In this document: positions 45,843 to 56,398 of the stretch, one piece after another
Layout of the letters: the number at the start of each line of letters is the position of its first letter
Numbering within the stretch: the stretch's first letter is position 1
Assembly (NCBI GenBank): GCA_023701005.1
Contig: JAMPXW010000001.1
Location: 143,843-207,842, forward strand
DNA length: 64,000 nt
Origin: Burkholderiales bacterium
GTDB taxonomy: Bacteria; Patescibacteriota; Minisyncoccia; Phycocordibacterales; UBA9973
Direction: 5' to 3'
Translations under genes and position numbers: made by a program
The notes under the pieces: model-generated
What the model saw: the letters and a program-made list of their open reading frames with translations, nothing else
What the model was told of the DNA's origin: nothing
Database searches by the model: none

Positions 45843-46265
45843 ATGCCAACAATAAATCAATTAATTAAAAAGAATAGAGTTAAAACACAAGCTAAATCTA
45901 AAACAGTCGCTTTGGCTCGTGGTTTTAATGTTTTAAAGAATAGACCAGTATTTTTTCCAGCACCATTTAAAAGAGGTGTTTGTACAAAAGTTTCTACTAC
46001 TACTCCTAAAAAGCCAAACTCAGCTCTTCGAAAAATCGCGAGAGTACGTTTGACTAATGGTATGGAAGTGACTGCGTATATTCCAGGGGAAGGACACAAT
46101 TTACAAGAACACTCTGTGGTCATGTTGAGAGGAGGACGCGTGAAAGATCTTATCGGAGTAAGATATCACATTGTTCGTGGAGTATTGGATACACAAGGAG
46201 TTGAAAAGAGAAGACAAGGTAGATCTCTCTATGGTAATAAGAAACCAAAAGAAGCTAAGAAATAA
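45843..46265 (+). CDS. rpsL: 30S ribosomal protein S12
   Basis: [11 protein letters not shown]......K..AL........[60 protein letters not shown]. Confidence 0.95.
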   Translation: MPTINQLIKKNRVKTQAKSKTVALARGFNVLKNRPVFFPAPFKRGVCTKVSTTTPKKPNSALRKIARVRLTNGMEVTAYIPGEGHNLQEHSVVMLRGGRVKDLIGVRYHIVRGVLDTQGVEKRRQGRSLYGNKKPKEAKK

Positions 46266-46270
46266 AAATT

Positions 46271-46741
46271 ATGCGAAGAAAAGTAAACAATCGAAATATA
46301 GTTAAGCCAGATTTTATTTATAATTCTCAAAAATTAGAGAAGTTTATAAATTATGTTATGTGGTCTGGCAAAAAAGAAACATCAAGGAAGATCGTCTATA
46401 AAGCTTTTGATGTTATAAAAGAAAAGACAGGTAATCCAAACCCTCTTGAAGTATTTGACTTAGCAATGAAAAACGCAGGTCCTTTGACAGAAGTACGTTC
46501 AAAAAGAATAGGAGGTGCAAACTATCAGGTTCCAAGAGAAGTCAGACCAGAACGCCGTTTAGCACTCGCTATGCGTTGGATTCGTGATGCTGCAAGAAAG
46601 ACAAAAGGTAAACCTATGCATTTGAAATTAGCTGATGAATTAATAGCTGCTTCTAAAAATGAAGGTGCTGCTATTAAAAAGAAAGATGATACTCATAAGA
46701 TGGCAGAAGCAAACAAAGCATTTGCACACTTCGCTTGGTAA
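46271..46741 (+). CDS. rpsG: 30S ribosomal protein S7
   Basis: Conserved S7 blocks ...GKK..........A.............A...A.P..EV...R.GG..YQVP.EV...RR..LA.RW. Confidence 0.9.
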   Translation: MRRKVNNRNIVKPDFIYNSQKLEKFINYVMWSGKKETSRKIVYKAFDVIKEKTGNPNPLEVFDLAMKNAGPLTEVRSKRIGGANYQVPREVRPERRLALAMRWIRDAARKTKGKPMHLKLADELIAASKNEGAAIKKKDDTHKMAEANKAFAHFAW

Positions 46742-46765
46742 TTTACTTAAAATATTTTTTTACTC

Positions 46766-46792
46766 AAAGTCCCCGAGAGGGGATTTTTGTTT
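46766..46792 (+). terminator. Hairpin + T-run after rpsG (aaagtccccgagaggggattttt)
   Basis: Possible attenuator between rpsG and fusA. Confidence 0.5.
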
Positions 46793-46883
46793 GCAAAATT
46801 TTTAGATATGTCGTATATTAGAGACGTAAAGGCTTCTAAGCCTTTTATTTTTTATTTATTAATTTAACATTATATATATTTAT

Positions 46884-49034
46884 ATGGAAAGAGATTATCC
46901 ACTAGAAAAAGTTAGAAACATAGGAATTATTGCGCACATTGACGCAGGTAAGACAACTACGACAGAACGTGTGCTTTTTTATACTGGAGTATCTCACAAG
47001 ATAGGTGAAGTGCATGATGGAGAAACCACTACAGACTGGATGGAGCAAGAAAGAGAAAGAGGTATCACAATCACTTCTGCAGCCGTCACTTGTTTTTGGA
47101 CACCCACTTACGCTTTAACCGATAAAAGTAAGAAACATCGTTTTAATATTATAGATACTCCTGGTCACATTGACTTTACAGTGGAAGTAAAAAGATCTCT
47201 TCGTGTCTTGGATGGTGCTGTCGTTGTATTTGATGGAGTAGCAGGAGTAGAACCTCAATCAGAAACAAACTGGCGTTATGCTGATGAAGCTAAAGTTCCT
47301 CGTATTTGTTTTGTTAATAAACTTGATAGAACGGGAGCTTCTTTTGAACATTCATACAAAACTATTTTAGATCGTCTTACAAAGAAGGCAGTAAGAATGC
47401 AAATACCTATAGGCTTGGAAGATAAACATGAAGGAGTTGTCGATTTATTAAATATGAAAGCTTTTTATTTCGAAGGAGAAATGGGCAATAAGGTAGTTGA
47501 AAAAGAAATTCCAGAAGATATGAAAGCTGAGGCAGAAAAATATCATCATGAACTTATTGAAAAGATAGTTGAACAAGATGATGATATCATGAATGCATAT
47601 TTAGAAGGGAAGACTCCAGACATGCCTACTTTGAAGAAGCTTTTGAGAAAAGGAGTTATTGCTAATGAAATTTTTCCAGTTTATGCTGGTTCCGCTTTGA
47701 AAAACAAAGGTGTACAATTGGTGCTTGATGGAGTTGTAGATTATTTACCTTCTCCTCTTGATATTCCTCCTATTGGTGGAACAGATCCAAATAATAATGA
47801 TGAACCAAGTCTAAGACATGCCTCAGACGCGGAACCTTTTGCGGCTCTTGCTTTCAAGGTTGCTACTGATCCATTCGTTGGTCAACTTATTTTCTTTAGA
47901 GTTTACTCTGGAACTTTAACTGCTGGTTCTTATATTTATAATCCACGAACTAGAAACAAAGAACGTATTGGTAGAATATTGCGTATGCATGCTAATGATA
48001 GAGAAGAAATGAAAAAAGTTTTTGCTGGAGAAATAGCAGCAGCTGTAGGCTTGAAAGATACAATCACCTCAGACACTATTTGTGATGAAGAAAATCCTAT
48101 AGAATTGGATAGAATAATCTTTCCTGAGCCTGTCATCCAATTGCGTATTGAACCAAAGACAAAAGCTGACCAAGAGAAAATGGGTATGGCTCTTAATCGT
48201 CTTGCACAAGAAGATCCTACATTTAAAGTTACTACAGACCAAGAAACAGGAGAGACTATCATCGCAGGAATGGGAGAGCTTCATCTTGAAATTATCGTTG
48301 ATCGTATGAAGAGAGAATTTGCTGTTGAAGCTAATGTTGGTAAGCCACAAGTGGCTTACAGAGAGACAATCACTGGCAATGCTGATGCAGAAGGTAAATA
48401 TATCAAACAATCTGGTGGACGTGGAAATTATGGACACGTTAAGATCAAAGTTAAACCAATGGCTATTCTTACTAAAGAAGAAGTTGAAGATTTACCAAAA
48501 AATACAAAGAGATCAAATGGTTTTGAATTTATAAATACAATTAAAGGAGGTGTCATTCCACAAGAATACATCGCTCCTTGTGAAAAAGGATTTAAAGAAG
48601 GTCTTGATCGTGGAGTATTAGCAGGATTCAAAATGGTAAATGTTTCTGTTGAGCTTTGGGATGGTAGTTATCACGAAGTGGATTCGAATGAAATGGCTTT
48701 CAAAATAGCAGCTTCTATGGCTATACAAGATGCATGTAAACGAGCAAGACCAGTCATTTTGGAACCGATGATGAAAGTAGAAGTCGTTACTCCAGAAAAA
48801 TTCATGGGAGATGTCACAGGAAATCTTTCTTCTAAGCGTGGACTTATCGAAGGCATGGAAGATCGTGGAATGAATAAAGTTTTGAATGCTATTGTTCCTC
48901 TTTCTGAAATGTTTGGATACATGACGGGTCTTCGTTCTATGACAGAAGGACGTGCATCATTCACAATGGAATTCTTGAGATACGATATTGTTCCAAATAA
49001 CGTAGCTGACACAATTATTGCAGCAAGAAAATAA
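46884..49034 (+). CDS. fusA: Translation elongation factor G
   Basis: G1 [10 protein letters not shown]2 RGITI, G3 DTPGH, G4 NKLD; domains II-V to C-terminus; 716 aa. Confidence 0.95.
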   Translation: MERDYPLEKVRNIGIIAHIDAGKTTTTERVLFYTGVSHKIGEVHDGETTTDWMEQERERGITITSAAVTCFWTPTYALTDKSKKHRFNIIDTPGHIDFTVEVKRSLRVLDGAVVVFDGVAGVEPQSETNWRYADEAKVPRICFVNKLDRTGASFEHSYKTILDRLTKKAVRMQIPIGLEDKHEGVVDLLNMKAFYFEGEMGNKVVEKEIPEDMKAEAEKYHHELIEKIVEQDDDIMNAYLEGKTPDMPTLKKLLRKGVIANEIFPVYAGSALKNKGVQLVLDGVVDYLPSPLDIPPIGGTDPNNNDEPSLRHASDAEPFAALAFKVATDPFVGQLIFFRVYSGTLTAGSYIYNPRTRNKERIGRILRMHANDREEMKKVFAGEIAAAVGLKDTITSDTICDEENPIELDRIIFPEPVIQLRIEPKTKADQEKMGMALNRLAQEDPTFKVTTDQETGETIIAGMGELHLEIIVDRMKREFAVEANVGKPQVAYRETITGNADAEGKYIKQSGGRGNYGHVKIKVKPMAILTKEEVEDLPKNTKRSNGFEFINTIKGGVIPQEYIAPCEKGFKEGLDRGVLAGFKMVNVSVELWDGSYHEVDSNEMAFKIAASMAIQDACKRARPVILEPMMKVEVVTPEKFMGDVTGNLSSKRGLIEGMEDRGMNKVLNAIVPLSEMFGYMTGLRSMTEGRASFTMEFLRYDIVPNNVADTIIAARK

Positions 49035-49058
49035 AAAATTAAAAAATAAATTTTCATC

Positions 49059-49089
49059 AAAAAAGCCTAGATTTATCTAGGTTTTTTTG
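49059..49089 (+). terminator. Rho-independent terminator after fusA
   Basis: aaaaagcctagat-ttat-ctaggttttttt. Confidence 0.75.
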
Positions 49090-49165
49090 ATGTTTACATA
49101 TTTGTAGAAAAGCATATAATTAATTTTTAGAATAAACTAATTGTTCAATCTATAAAGGAGGGTCT

Positions 49166-49363
49166 GTGAACTTACCTTTTGGCTTAGAAGAAGAAATAAA
49201 AAAGACTTTTACCGAAGAAGGGAGTGAGGTGCGTAAAGTCTTGTTTAGTAATGGCCCATTAAAAGATTTATCTAAAGCCATCAAAGATTCAAAAGCACCA
49301 ATAGAGGTAAAAAGTAGTTTACTTTTGAAAGTAACTAATGTTGAAAAATTTTGGTGTAGATAA
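49166..49363 (+). CDS. Small hypothetical protein (65 aa) between fusA and tuf, GTG start after aaaggagg
   Basis: ORF with strong SD but only 3-4-nt spacing; no motifs; followed by hairpin cccctggcagtaatgctagggg. Confidence 0.3.
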   Translation: MNLPFGLEEEIKKTFTEEGSEVRKVLFSNGPLKDLSKAIKDSKAPIEVKSSLLLKVTNVEKFWCR

Positions 49364-49412
49364 TATTATCCCCTGGCAGTAATGCTAGGGGAATGTTGTT
49401 TTATATATAATT

Positions 49413-49441
49413 TGACATTATTATTTAATTTGCTACTATAG
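49413..49441 (+). promoter_or_regulatory. Candidate sigma70-like promoter for tuf (TTGACA-16/17-TACTAT) with ~140-nt structured leader
   Basis: ttgaca at 49413-49418; tactat at 49435-49440; leader contains hairpin ccgcc-aga-ggcgg. Confidence 0.35.
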
Positions 49442-49583
49442 TAACAACTGCACTTTCTGCAGTTTTTATATTGCATTTTTATAAAATTATTAGTTAATTT
49501 AACCCGCCAGAGGCGGACAAGTTAGTAATAAGACCTTAGTGACTGGTTCTCGTACACTGAGTTCTCATTATTAAAAAAATATT

Positions 49584-50777
49584 ATGGCAGAAGAATTTAA
49601 AAGAGATAAACCACATATTAACGTAGGTACTATCGGTCACGTTGACCATGGTAAGACTACTTTAACTGCGGCTATATTAAACGTGCTTAACCTAGCTGGT
49701 AAAACAGTTAGACTTCGTGGTGTTGATCAAATCGACAATGCCCCAGAAGAAAAAGCTCGTGGAATCACTATTAACATTTCACACAATGAGTATGCTACTG
49801 ACGCTCGTCACTACGCACACATCGATGCTCCAGGCCACGCTGACTATATTAAAAACATGATCACAGGTGCTGCTCAAATGGACGGTGCTATTTTGGTGGT
49901 TGCTGCTACAGACGGTGCCATGCCTCAAACACGTGAACACGTTCTTTTAGCAAAACAAGTTGGTGTTCCAAAAATGATTGTTTTCTTAAACAAATGCGAC
50001 ATGGTTGATGATAAAGACATGCTTGATTTGGTTGAAGAAGAAATCCGTGAACTTCTAACAAAGCAAGGTTTTGATGGTGCAAATGCCCCTGTTATCAGAG
50101 GTTCTGCTCTAAAAGCCCTTGAAGCTACAGATGTAAACGATGAATGGGCAAAGAAAATTCTTGAATTAACAAATGCTTTGGATACTTATATTCCAGTTCC
50201 AGAGAGAGATACTTCAAAGCCATTTCTTATGCCAGTTGAAGATATATTCTCAATCGAAGGCCGTGGAACAGTCGTTACAGGTAAAATCGAAAGAGGAGTA
50301 GTAAAGGTTGGTGAAGAAGTAGAAATCATTGGTATTAAAGCAACTCAAAAGACTACTGTCACTGGTATCGAAATGTTTAACAAGAACTTACAAGAAGGTA
50401 TGGCTGGAGACAATGCTGGTATCTTGCTTCGTGGTCTTAAGAAAGAAGATATCACACGCGGACAAGTTCTTGCAAAACCAGGAACAGTAACTCCACATGA
50501 TAACTTTACTTGTGAAATCTACGTTTTGAAGAAAGAAGAAGGTGGACGTCATACTCCATTCTTCAAAGGTTACAAACCTCAATTCTACATTCGTACTACA
50601 GATGTTACAGGAGATGTCACACTAGCTGATGGAGTAGAAATGGTTATGCCAGGAGATACTGCAAAGCTTACAGTTAAATTAGTTACACCAGTTGCTCTTG
50701 AAGAACAACAAAAGTTTGCTATCCGTGAAGGAGGTAAGACAGTTGGAGCAGGAGTTGTTACAAAAATATTGGGATAG
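49584..50777 (+). CDS. tuf: Translation elongation factor Tu
   Basis: [28 protein letters not shown]; 397 aa. Confidence 0.95.
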   Translation: MAEEFKRDKPHINVGTIGHVDHGKTTLTAAILNVLNLAGKTVRLRGVDQIDNAPEEKARGITINISHNEYATDARHYAHIDAPGHADYIKNMITGAAQMDGAILVVAATDGAMPQTREHVLLAKQVGVPKMIVFLNKCDMVDDKDMLDLVEEEIRELLTKQGFDGANAPVIRGSALKALEATDVNDEWAKKILELTNALDTYIPVPERDTSKPFLMPVEDIFSIEGRGTVVTGKIERGVVKVGEEVEIIGIKATQKTTVTGIEMFNKNLQEGMAGDNAGILLRGLKKEDITRGQVLAKPGTVTPHDNFTCEIYVLKKEEGGRHTPFFKGYKPQFYIRTTDVTGDVTLADGVEMVMPGDTAKLTVKLVTPVALEEQQKFAIREGGKTVGAGVVTKILG

Positions 50778-50837
50778 TTAAAATTTATAAAGTTTAACGC
50801 GATAATATAATTAAATTTGACTTTATAAATCATCATT

Positions 50838-51233
50838 ATGACAACCAAAGAATTAAAAACAAAAAAGCCAAAATCTGAAACAAAGGTTAAGAAAGTTGTT
50901 TCTAAGAAAGAGAAGAAAGAAGATGGCAAGGTGATACTTCGTATCCGAGTTCGTGCTTACGAGAGCAAGATCTTAGATGCGTCTGTCAAACAGATTATAG
51001 ATACGGCTATGCGTTATGATGCAGATATTGTCGGACCTGTACCACTACCAACAGAGATCAAAAAATATACAGTCAATCGTGCTTCTTTTATTTATAAAAA
51101 TACACGAGAACAATTTGAAATAAGAGTTCACAAAAGATTGATTGATATTATAAATCCAAATCCGAAAACAGTTGAAGCCCTTACAAACCTATCACTTCCA
51201 TCCGGAGTAGATATAGATGTAAAAATGCTTTAA
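50838..51233 (+). CDS. rpsJ: 30S ribosomal protein S10 with ~30-aa lysine-rich N-terminal extension
   Basis: KVILRIRVRAYESKILDASVKQIIDTA...GPVPLPT....TV.R. Confidence 0.85.
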   Translation: MTTKELKTKKPKSETKVKKVVSKKEKKEDGKVILRIRVRAYESKILDASVKQIIDTAMRYDADIVGPVPLPTEIKKYTVNRASFIYKNTREQFEIRVHKRLIDIINPNPKTVEALTNLSLPSGVDIDVKML

Positions 51234-51255
51234 TGAAAGCTAATACCATAAATTT

Positions 51256-51870
51256 ATGAAATTTATTCTTGGAAAAAAAGAAAATATGACAGAGTATTTT
51301 TCTCCCGAAGGGCAGGTATTTCCTGTTACTATCATATCTGCTGGTCCTGTCACCGTCACAAAGGTTTTTGAAAAATCAAAAGACGGATACAATGCAGTAC
51401 AAGTAGGATATGGAGTTCAAAAAGAACACAGAATTTCAAAAGGAGAAAAAGGTGCCATGAAAGGTGGCCTTTATAAAGATTTGAAAGAATTTAGATTGAA
51501 GCCAATCGATTCTACAGACGTAAAAGAAGGGGATGTTATTGATGTTTCTTCTTTTGCTGTTGGAGATAAATTGCAAGTTTCAAGTGTTTCAAAAGGTAAA
51601 GGTTTTCAAGGAGTAGTCAAAAGACATGGTTTTAGTGGAGGTCCAAGATCTCATGGTCAAAAGCACTCTGAAAGAGAGCCTGGAAGTATCGGTGGAGGTT
51701 TGCGTACACACGTACCAAAAGGAATGAGAATGGCAGGTAGAATGGGAAGTGATCGTATCACACAAAAGAATTTGAAAGTAATTTTTATAGATAAAGAAAA
51801 TAACACAATGCTTGTGAAAGGTGCGATAGCAGGAAAGCGTGGAACTTTAGTTGAAATAATTAGTCGTTAA
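51256..51870 (+). CDS. rplC: 50S ribosomal protein L3
   Basis: ILGKKENMTEYFSPEGQVFPVTII...G.V..V; ...FQGVVKRHGFSGGP.SHG. Confidence 0.9.
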   Translation: MKFILGKKENMTEYFSPEGQVFPVTIISAGPVTVTKVFEKSKDGYNAVQVGYGVQKEHRISKGEKGAMKGGLYKDLKEFRLKPIDSTDVKEGDVIDVSSFAVGDKLQVSSVSKGKGFQGVVKRHGFSGGPRSHGQKHSEREPGSIGGGLRTHVPKGMRMAGRMGSDRITQKNLKVIFIDKENNTMLVKGAIAGKRGTLVEIISR

Positions 51871-51874
51871 AAAT

Positions 51875-52537
51875 ATGGAAGCAAAAATATACAATCAAAA
51901 AGGAAAAGAAGCAGGGGTAATAAGTTTACCTACTAAGGTTTTCTCTGCAAAGTGGCGCGCAGACTTAGTTCATCAAGTAGTAGAAGGAATGCGTTCCAAT
52001 AAACGCGCAGGCACAGCAGATACGAAAGATCGCGGAGAAGTTCGTGGTGGAGGTAAAAAGCCATGGAAACAAAAAGGTACAGGACGTGCTCGTCATGGAT
52101 CTACTCGTTCACCTATATGGGTTGGAGGAGGTGTCACACATGGTCCACTAGCAGAAAAGAATTACAAGAGAAAAATTTCAAAGAAAATGCGTGCGCAAGC
52201 TTTGTTCTCTGTGCTTTCTAAGAAATTGAAAGATGAAGAAATAATCTTTGTTGATTCACTCTCGTTAGCAGCAACAAAAACAAAAGATGCCGTAGAAGTT
52301 ATGAATAATCTTTCCAAAGCTTCTGGTTTGAAACCGCTTGCAAATTCAAAGAAACCAAGAGTTCTTGTTGCTTTATTTGATCGTAATGAAAAGACAGAAA
52401 AGAGTTTTAGAAATTTACCTCAATTAGAATTGGTATTTCTAAAAAATATAAATCCACTTGATGTTTTGAAATATAAGTATCTTTTAATAGAAAATCCTGT
52501 AGAGAGTACAAAGTTTTTGGAATCTCGTGGAGCATAA
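51875..52537 (+). CDS. rplD: 50S ribosomal protein L4
   Basis: ...VRGGGKKPWKQKGTGRARHGS.RSPIWVGGGV.HGP. Confidence 0.9.
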   Translation: MEAKIYNQKGKEAGVISLPTKVFSAKWRADLVHQVVEGMRSNKRAGTADTKDRGEVRGGGKKPWKQKGTGRARHGSTRSPIWVGGGVTHGPLAEKNYKRKISKKMRAQALFSVLSKKLKDEEIIFVDSLSLAATKTKDAVEVMNNLSKASGLKPLANSKKPRVLVALFDRNEKTEKSFRNLPQLELVFLKNINPLDVLKYKYLLIENPVESTKFLESRGA

Positions 52538-52546
52538 TTTAAACAT

Positions 52547-52828
52547 ATGAGAGATATAGCAATAAAAACAATTAAAAATCCTAGGATAACAGAGAAAGCA
52601 AGTAATGTTTCTGCAATGAACGTCTATACTTTTAATGTTGCAAAATCTGCAAATAAAAAGGAAATAGAAAAAGCTATTTTTTCACTATACAAAGTAAAAC
52701 CAGTAAAAGTAAACATTCTTCCTATTCCTTACAAGACTATTATGTCTAAGGGTAAAAAGGGGACAAGAGGTGGTGGAAAGAAGGCGATAGTTTATTTAAA
52801 AAAGGAAGATAAAATAGAATTTATTTAA
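52547..52828 (+). CDS. rplW: 50S ribosomal protein L23
   Basis: I..P.ITEKA.........Y.F.V...A.K.EIK.A.......KV..VN. Confidence 0.85.
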   Translation: MRDIAIKTIKNPRITEKASNVSAMNVYTFNVAKSANKKEIEKAIFSLYKVKPVKVNILPIPYKTIMSKGKKGTRGGGKKAIVYLKKEDKIEFI

Positions 52829-52830
52829 AT

Positions 52831-53679
52831 ATGAAAAAGTACAAACCTACAAGTAAATCAAGAAGGCAGATGACGAACATCAATTATCGTGAGTTTTTGA
52901 CCGAGACAAAACCAACGAAATCTCTTACTTATGGTTTCAAGCGTTCTGTCGGAAGAAACAGTGCTGGACGTATAACCATGAGACACAAAGGAGGTGGACA
53001 CAAGCGTCTATATCGCGATGTCGATTTTCTTTACAACAAGAAAGATATTTCTGCAAAAATAACAACTATTGAATACGATCCAAATCGTAGTGCATTTATC
53101 GGTCTTGCTGTATACAAAGATGGTGAAAAGAGATATGTAGTACTTCCAAAGACAGTTAAGCCAGGAATGACTTTCATAGTTTCAGAAAAAGCAGAGCTCT
53201 CAGTAGGTAACAGATTGCCATTAAAGAATATTCCAGTCGGTACATTTGTTTACAATGTAGAGATAAAGCCAAGAGGAGGTTCAAAGATAGGACGATCTGC
53301 TGGTATATTCGCACAAGTTGTAGCAAATGCTGATGGTTATACAAATTTAAAGATGCCATCTTCTGAAGTTAGAAAAATTGATGAAAATTGTTATGCTTGT
53401 ATCGGAACAGTTTCAAATGAAGAACATCATTTAGAAAATTTTGGTAAAGCAGGACGTAGTCGTTGGAAAGGTATCAGACCTACAGTCAGAGGTACAGCCA
53501 TGAATCCAGTAGACCATCCATACGGAGGAGGTGAAGGAAGACAGGGCCGTGGTACAAAGCGCCCTAAGACTCTATGGGGTAAAGTTACTGGAGGAAGAAA
53601 GACAAGAACTCCAAAGAAATACTCAAATGTGTTCATCGTTTCTCGAAGAAAAACAGGTAAATCACGAAAAGGACAATAA
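52831..53679 (+). CDS. rplB: 50S ribosomal protein L2
   Basis: ...GRNS.GRIT.RH.GGGHKR.YR.VDF......A.I..IEYDPNRSA.I.L..Y.DGE.RY.L.P...........GTAMNPVDHPYGGGEG. Confidence 0.95.
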   Translation: MKKYKPTSKSRRQMTNINYREFLTETKPTKSLTYGFKRSVGRNSAGRITMRHKGGGHKRLYRDVDFLYNKKDISAKITTIEYDPNRSAFIGLAVYKDGEKRYVVLPKTVKPGMTFIVSEKAELSVGNRLPLKNIPVGTFVYNVEIKPRGGSKIGRSAGIFAQVVANADGYTNLKMPSSEVRKIDENCYACIGTVSNEEHHLENFGKAGRSRWKGIRPTVRGTAMNPVDHPYGGGEGRQGRGTKRPKTLWGKVTGGRKTRTPKKYSNVFIVSRRKTGKSRKGQ

Positions 53680-53687
53680 TAAAAATA

Positions 53688-53718
53688 AAAAATCCTCCTT
53701 GTCAGGAGGATTTTTTTG
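53688..53718 (+). terminator. Rho-independent terminator after rplB, inside the S10 cluster (aaaaatcctcc-ttgtc-aggaggattttttt)
   Basis: 9-bp stem + 7 T. Interrupts the usually contiguous rplB-rpsS junction. Confidence 0.75.
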
Positions 53719-53742
53719 TGATAATATTTTGGTGAATAATAG

Positions 53743-53976
53743 ATGGAGGTTTTTATGGGTTCTCCAGATGGAGAGTTTTCTGAAAATTTTTTTGATAAAA
53801 AAGGAGAAGAGTTTGAAAATCGCTTGAATAAGGAAATAGATCATCTTCTTGCAAAAAATGTTCCTTATAAAATACCAATAGATATGAAAATGCCGCATAT
53901 TTTTATTGGTATATTAGTTGGAGTTATTTTGACTCTATTAATTCTTTTATTAAAGGATCAAAAAATCTTGTTTTAA
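53743..53976 (+). CDS. Small single-TM hypothetical protein inserted between rplB and rpsS, flanked by terminators
   Basis: 77 aa; C-terminal TM HIFIGILVGVILTLLILLL; SD AGGAGG upstream; terminator aaaaggagg-ataaaa-cctcctttatttt at 53981-54010. Confidence 0.4.
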   Translation: MEVFMGSPDGEFSENFFDKKGEEFENRLNKEIDHLLAKNVPYKIPIDMKMPHIFIGILVGVILTLLILLLKDQKILF

Positions 53977-54108
53977 AATAAAAAGGAGGATAAAACCTCC
54001 TTTATTTTATTTGACCCAAATTATTTTTATTAGATTATTACACAACATATTCAAAATTCTGCAACTAGATTTTAAATGACCTAATAAAATTAATATCCAT
54101 TTTAAAAT

Positions 54109-54136
54109 TTGACTTTATTTTTTATTTTGCTATTAT
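54109..54136 (+). promoter_or_regulatory. Candidate sigma70-like promoter re-initiating the S10/spc cluster at rpsS (TTGACT-16-TATTAT)
   Basis: ttgact at 54109-54114; tattat at 54131-54136; rpsS ATG at 54165 with SD taggag. Confidence 0.4.
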
Positions 54137-54164
54137 GAACACAAGCTCGTTAGGAGCTTTTTTT

Positions 54165-54512
54165 ATGACAAGATCAATCAAAAAAGGTTTAAATATAGAC
54201 GAAAGATTGTTGGGAAAGATAGCTGGCAAAAATCCGCTTCAAACCCCAATGATAAAGACATGGAAAAGAGCATGTCAGATAGCTCCAGAAATGGTTGGCT
54301 TTACTTTTGGTGTTCATAACGGCAAGACACATGTCGAAGTTTTGGTAACAGAAGACATGGTAGGACACAGACTTGGAGAATTTTCACCAACAAAGAAATT
54401 CATGAAGCATGGAGGAAAGATGCAGAAAGAATTAGAACAAAAGAAGAAAGAAGCTGAGATAACACAAGCTAAGTCCGCTTCAGCTGCAGCTGCTGACGCT
54501 AAGAAAAAATAA
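54165..54512 (+). CDS. rpsS: 30S ribosomal protein S19 with K/E/A-rich C-terminal tail
   Basis: MTRSIKKG..ID..LL.K........I.TWSR...I.PEMVG.T..VHNG......V.V.E.MVGH.LGEF.PT. Confidence 0.9.
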   Translation: MTRSIKKGLNIDERLLGKIAGKNPLQTPMIKTWKRACQIAPEMVGFTFGVHNGKTHVEVLVTEDMVGHRLGEFSPTKKFMKHGGKMQKELEQKKKEAEITQAKSASAAAADAKKK

Positions 54513-54530
54513 TTAAATTAAGATATTTAC

Positions 54531-54989
54531 ATGAAAGCATTTTTAAAAAATTACAGACAAGCTCCGAGAAAAGTTCGCTTAGTAGCAGGTCTTATAAAAG
54601 GGAAGAGTGTAAACCAAGCTTTAGCTGAGTTAGACTTTTTGGCTAAACGCGCAGGTTTCCCTATGAGAAAACTTTTACTTTCAGCTGTAGCCAATGCTAA
54701 AGAAATGGGAGTAGATAAAGAAAATTTGTTTATAAAAGAGGTAAGAGTAGATAAAGGTATAGTAATGAAAAGAATGATGCCAGCAGCTATGGGTACAGGA
54801 CACAGGATAAATAAGCGTACAAGTCACGTCGCTCTACTTTTAGCAGAAAAGACACAAACATCAAAGAAACAAAATAAAGAGACAAAAGAAAAGAAAGAAG
54901 TTATTAAGAAAGAAGAAAAAGATTCTCCAAAAAAGGCGACTCTTAAGAGAGTTTCCCCAAGGGTCGCCCTTAAGAAGAAAGTAAAATAA
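54531..54989 (+). CDS. rplV: 50S ribosomal protein L22 with ~50-aa lysine-rich C-terminal extension
   Basis: ...R.APRK.RLVA.LI.GK.V..AL..L.F..K.A......L.SA.ANA.......L.I......G...KR...RA.GR...I.K...H. Confidence 0.85.
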   Translation: MKAFLKNYRQAPRKVRLVAGLIKGKSVNQALAELDFLAKRAGFPMRKLLLSAVANAKEMGVDKENLFIKEVRVDKGIVMKRMMPAAMGTGHRINKRTSHVALLLAEKTQTSKKQNKETKEKKEVIKKEEKDSPKKATLKRVSPRVALKKKVK

Positions 54990-54993
54990 TTTT

Positions 54994-55707
54994 ATGTCAA
55001 AAATAGTACACCCATATGCACATAGATTGATAATGCTTAGAGATTGGAAATCTCATTGGTTTGCTGATCCTAAGAAATATTGTGATCACTTAAAAGGTGA
55101 TGTTTTAATACGTGAATATTTAGAAAAGAAGTTGCGTACTATGTATGTGTCTTCTATCGAAATAGAAAGAAATCAAAAGACTACTCGTTTTATAATCAAA
55201 ACATCACGTCCAGGTCTTATCATTGGTAGAAACGGTGAAGGTGTTATAAAACTCAAAGAAGATATCTTGAAAAAGATGGCTAAGTTAAAACTTACCAAGT
55301 CAGAAGATTTTAAATTGGAAATAGTTGAAGTTTCAAATCCAGAAGCAGATGCCACTATCGTGGCTTATATGATAGCTGAAGGCTTAGAAAAAAGAATGCC
55401 TTATCGCCGAGTAATAAAACAAATGGTAGAAAAGGTGATGATGGCACACGGAGTACAAGGAGTGAGAGTAGTATTGGGAGGTAGATTGGGAGGTGCTGAA
55501 ATAGCCCGTACTGAAGAATTAAAGCGTGGAAGTATCCCACTTCAGACCTTCCGAGCAGATATTGATTTCAAAAGAGAGCGAGCTACTTTACCTTATGGCG
55601 TCATAGGAATAAAGGTTTGGATTTATCGCGGAAAGATTTTTGCTGATAAAAAGATTAACATGCATAATGCAGCAGATGGAGCAGAAAAGAAATTAAAAAA
55701 TAATTAA
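54994..55707 (+). CDS. rpsC: 30S ribosomal protein S3
   Basis: KH domain and S3-C: ...RPG.IIG..G..I..L..........I.EV..PE..A..VA..IA..LE.R...RR; ...GV.G.RV...GRLGGAEIARTE....G..PL.T.RADIDF. Confidence 0.9.
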   Translation: MSKIVHPYAHRLIMLRDWKSHWFADPKKYCDHLKGDVLIREYLEKKLRTMYVSSIEIERNQKTTRFIIKTSRPGLIIGRNGEGVIKLKEDILKKMAKLKLTKSEDFKLEIVEVSNPEADATIVAYMIAEGLEKRMPYRRVIKQMVEKVMMAHGVQGVRVVLGGRLGGAEIARTEELKRGSIPLQTFRADIDFKRERATLPYGVIGIKVWIYRGKIFADKKINMHNAADGAEKKLKNN

Positions 55708-55734
55708 CTACGAGCTTAACACCACAAAAAATTT

Positions 55735-56163
55735 ATGTTATTCCCTAAAAAAGTAAAATTTAGAAAATGGCAATCCGCACGTACTAACCCTAAGGCTATT
55801 ACTCCAGAAACCCGCGGTACCAAATTATCTTTCGGTTCTTATGGATTGAAAGCTGTAACTCAAGCCAGAGTGAGATCAAATCAGATTGAATCTGCTAGAA
55901 AGGTTATTTCTCGTACTTTAACAAAGACTGGTAAATATTGGGTTCGTATTTTCCCTGACAGACCTTTCACAGCTAAAGCCGCAGAAGTAGGAATGGGAAA
56001 GGGTAAAGGAGATCCACAAGGATATTGTTTTGATGTTGGTCCAGGACGTATTTTGTTTGAAGTAGATGGAGCAGAAGAATCTGTAGCCCATGAAGCATTA
56101 AGAAAAGCTGGTACGAAACTTCCTGTAAAGACAAAGATAGTTTCAAGAATTCATAAACAGTAA
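55735..56163 (+). CDS. rplP: 50S ribosomal protein L16
   Basis: ML.PKK.K.RK.Q........A..G....FG.YGLKA........IE.AR..I.R.....GK.W.RIFPD.P.T.K.AE..MGKGKG.P......V.PGRILFE. Confidence 0.9.
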   Translation: MLFPKKVKFRKWQSARTNPKAITPETRGTKLSFGSYGLKAVTQARVRSNQIESARKVISRTLTKTGKYWVRIFPDRPFTAKAAEVGMGKGKGDPQGYCFDVGPGRILFEVDGAEESVAHEALRKAGTKLPVKTKIVSRIHKQ

Positions 56164-56203
56164 TAAAATAGGGATTAGGTATTAGAAAAATACAAAATAA
56201 TTT

Positions 56204-56395
56204 ATGTCAAAGAAAAAAGAAAATTTAAAAGGAGAAAAGATTGAAGAGCTAAAGAAGAAGCTTATTCTGTTAGAAGAAAAGATAAGATCAATGAGATTTA
56301 AAGCTGAGGGCTCAAAATCAAAAAATGTTAAAGAACATGCAAATTTAAAGAAAGAAGTGGCAAGAATTTTAACAGAGATAAATAGAAAGAAATAA
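56204..56395 (+). CDS. rpmC: 50S ribosomal protein L29
   Basis: 63 aa, K/E-rich helical; position between rplP and rpsQ. Confidence 0.75.
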   Translation: MSKKKENLKGEKIEELKKKLILLEEKIRSMRFKAEGSKSKNVKEHANLKKEVARILTEINRKK

Positions 56396-56398
56396 TTT

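Noticed and set aside
47936-49060. Minus-strand ORFs inside fusA
   Set aside because: fusA is unambiguous (G1-G4 motifs, 716 aa). Antisense frames are artefacts.
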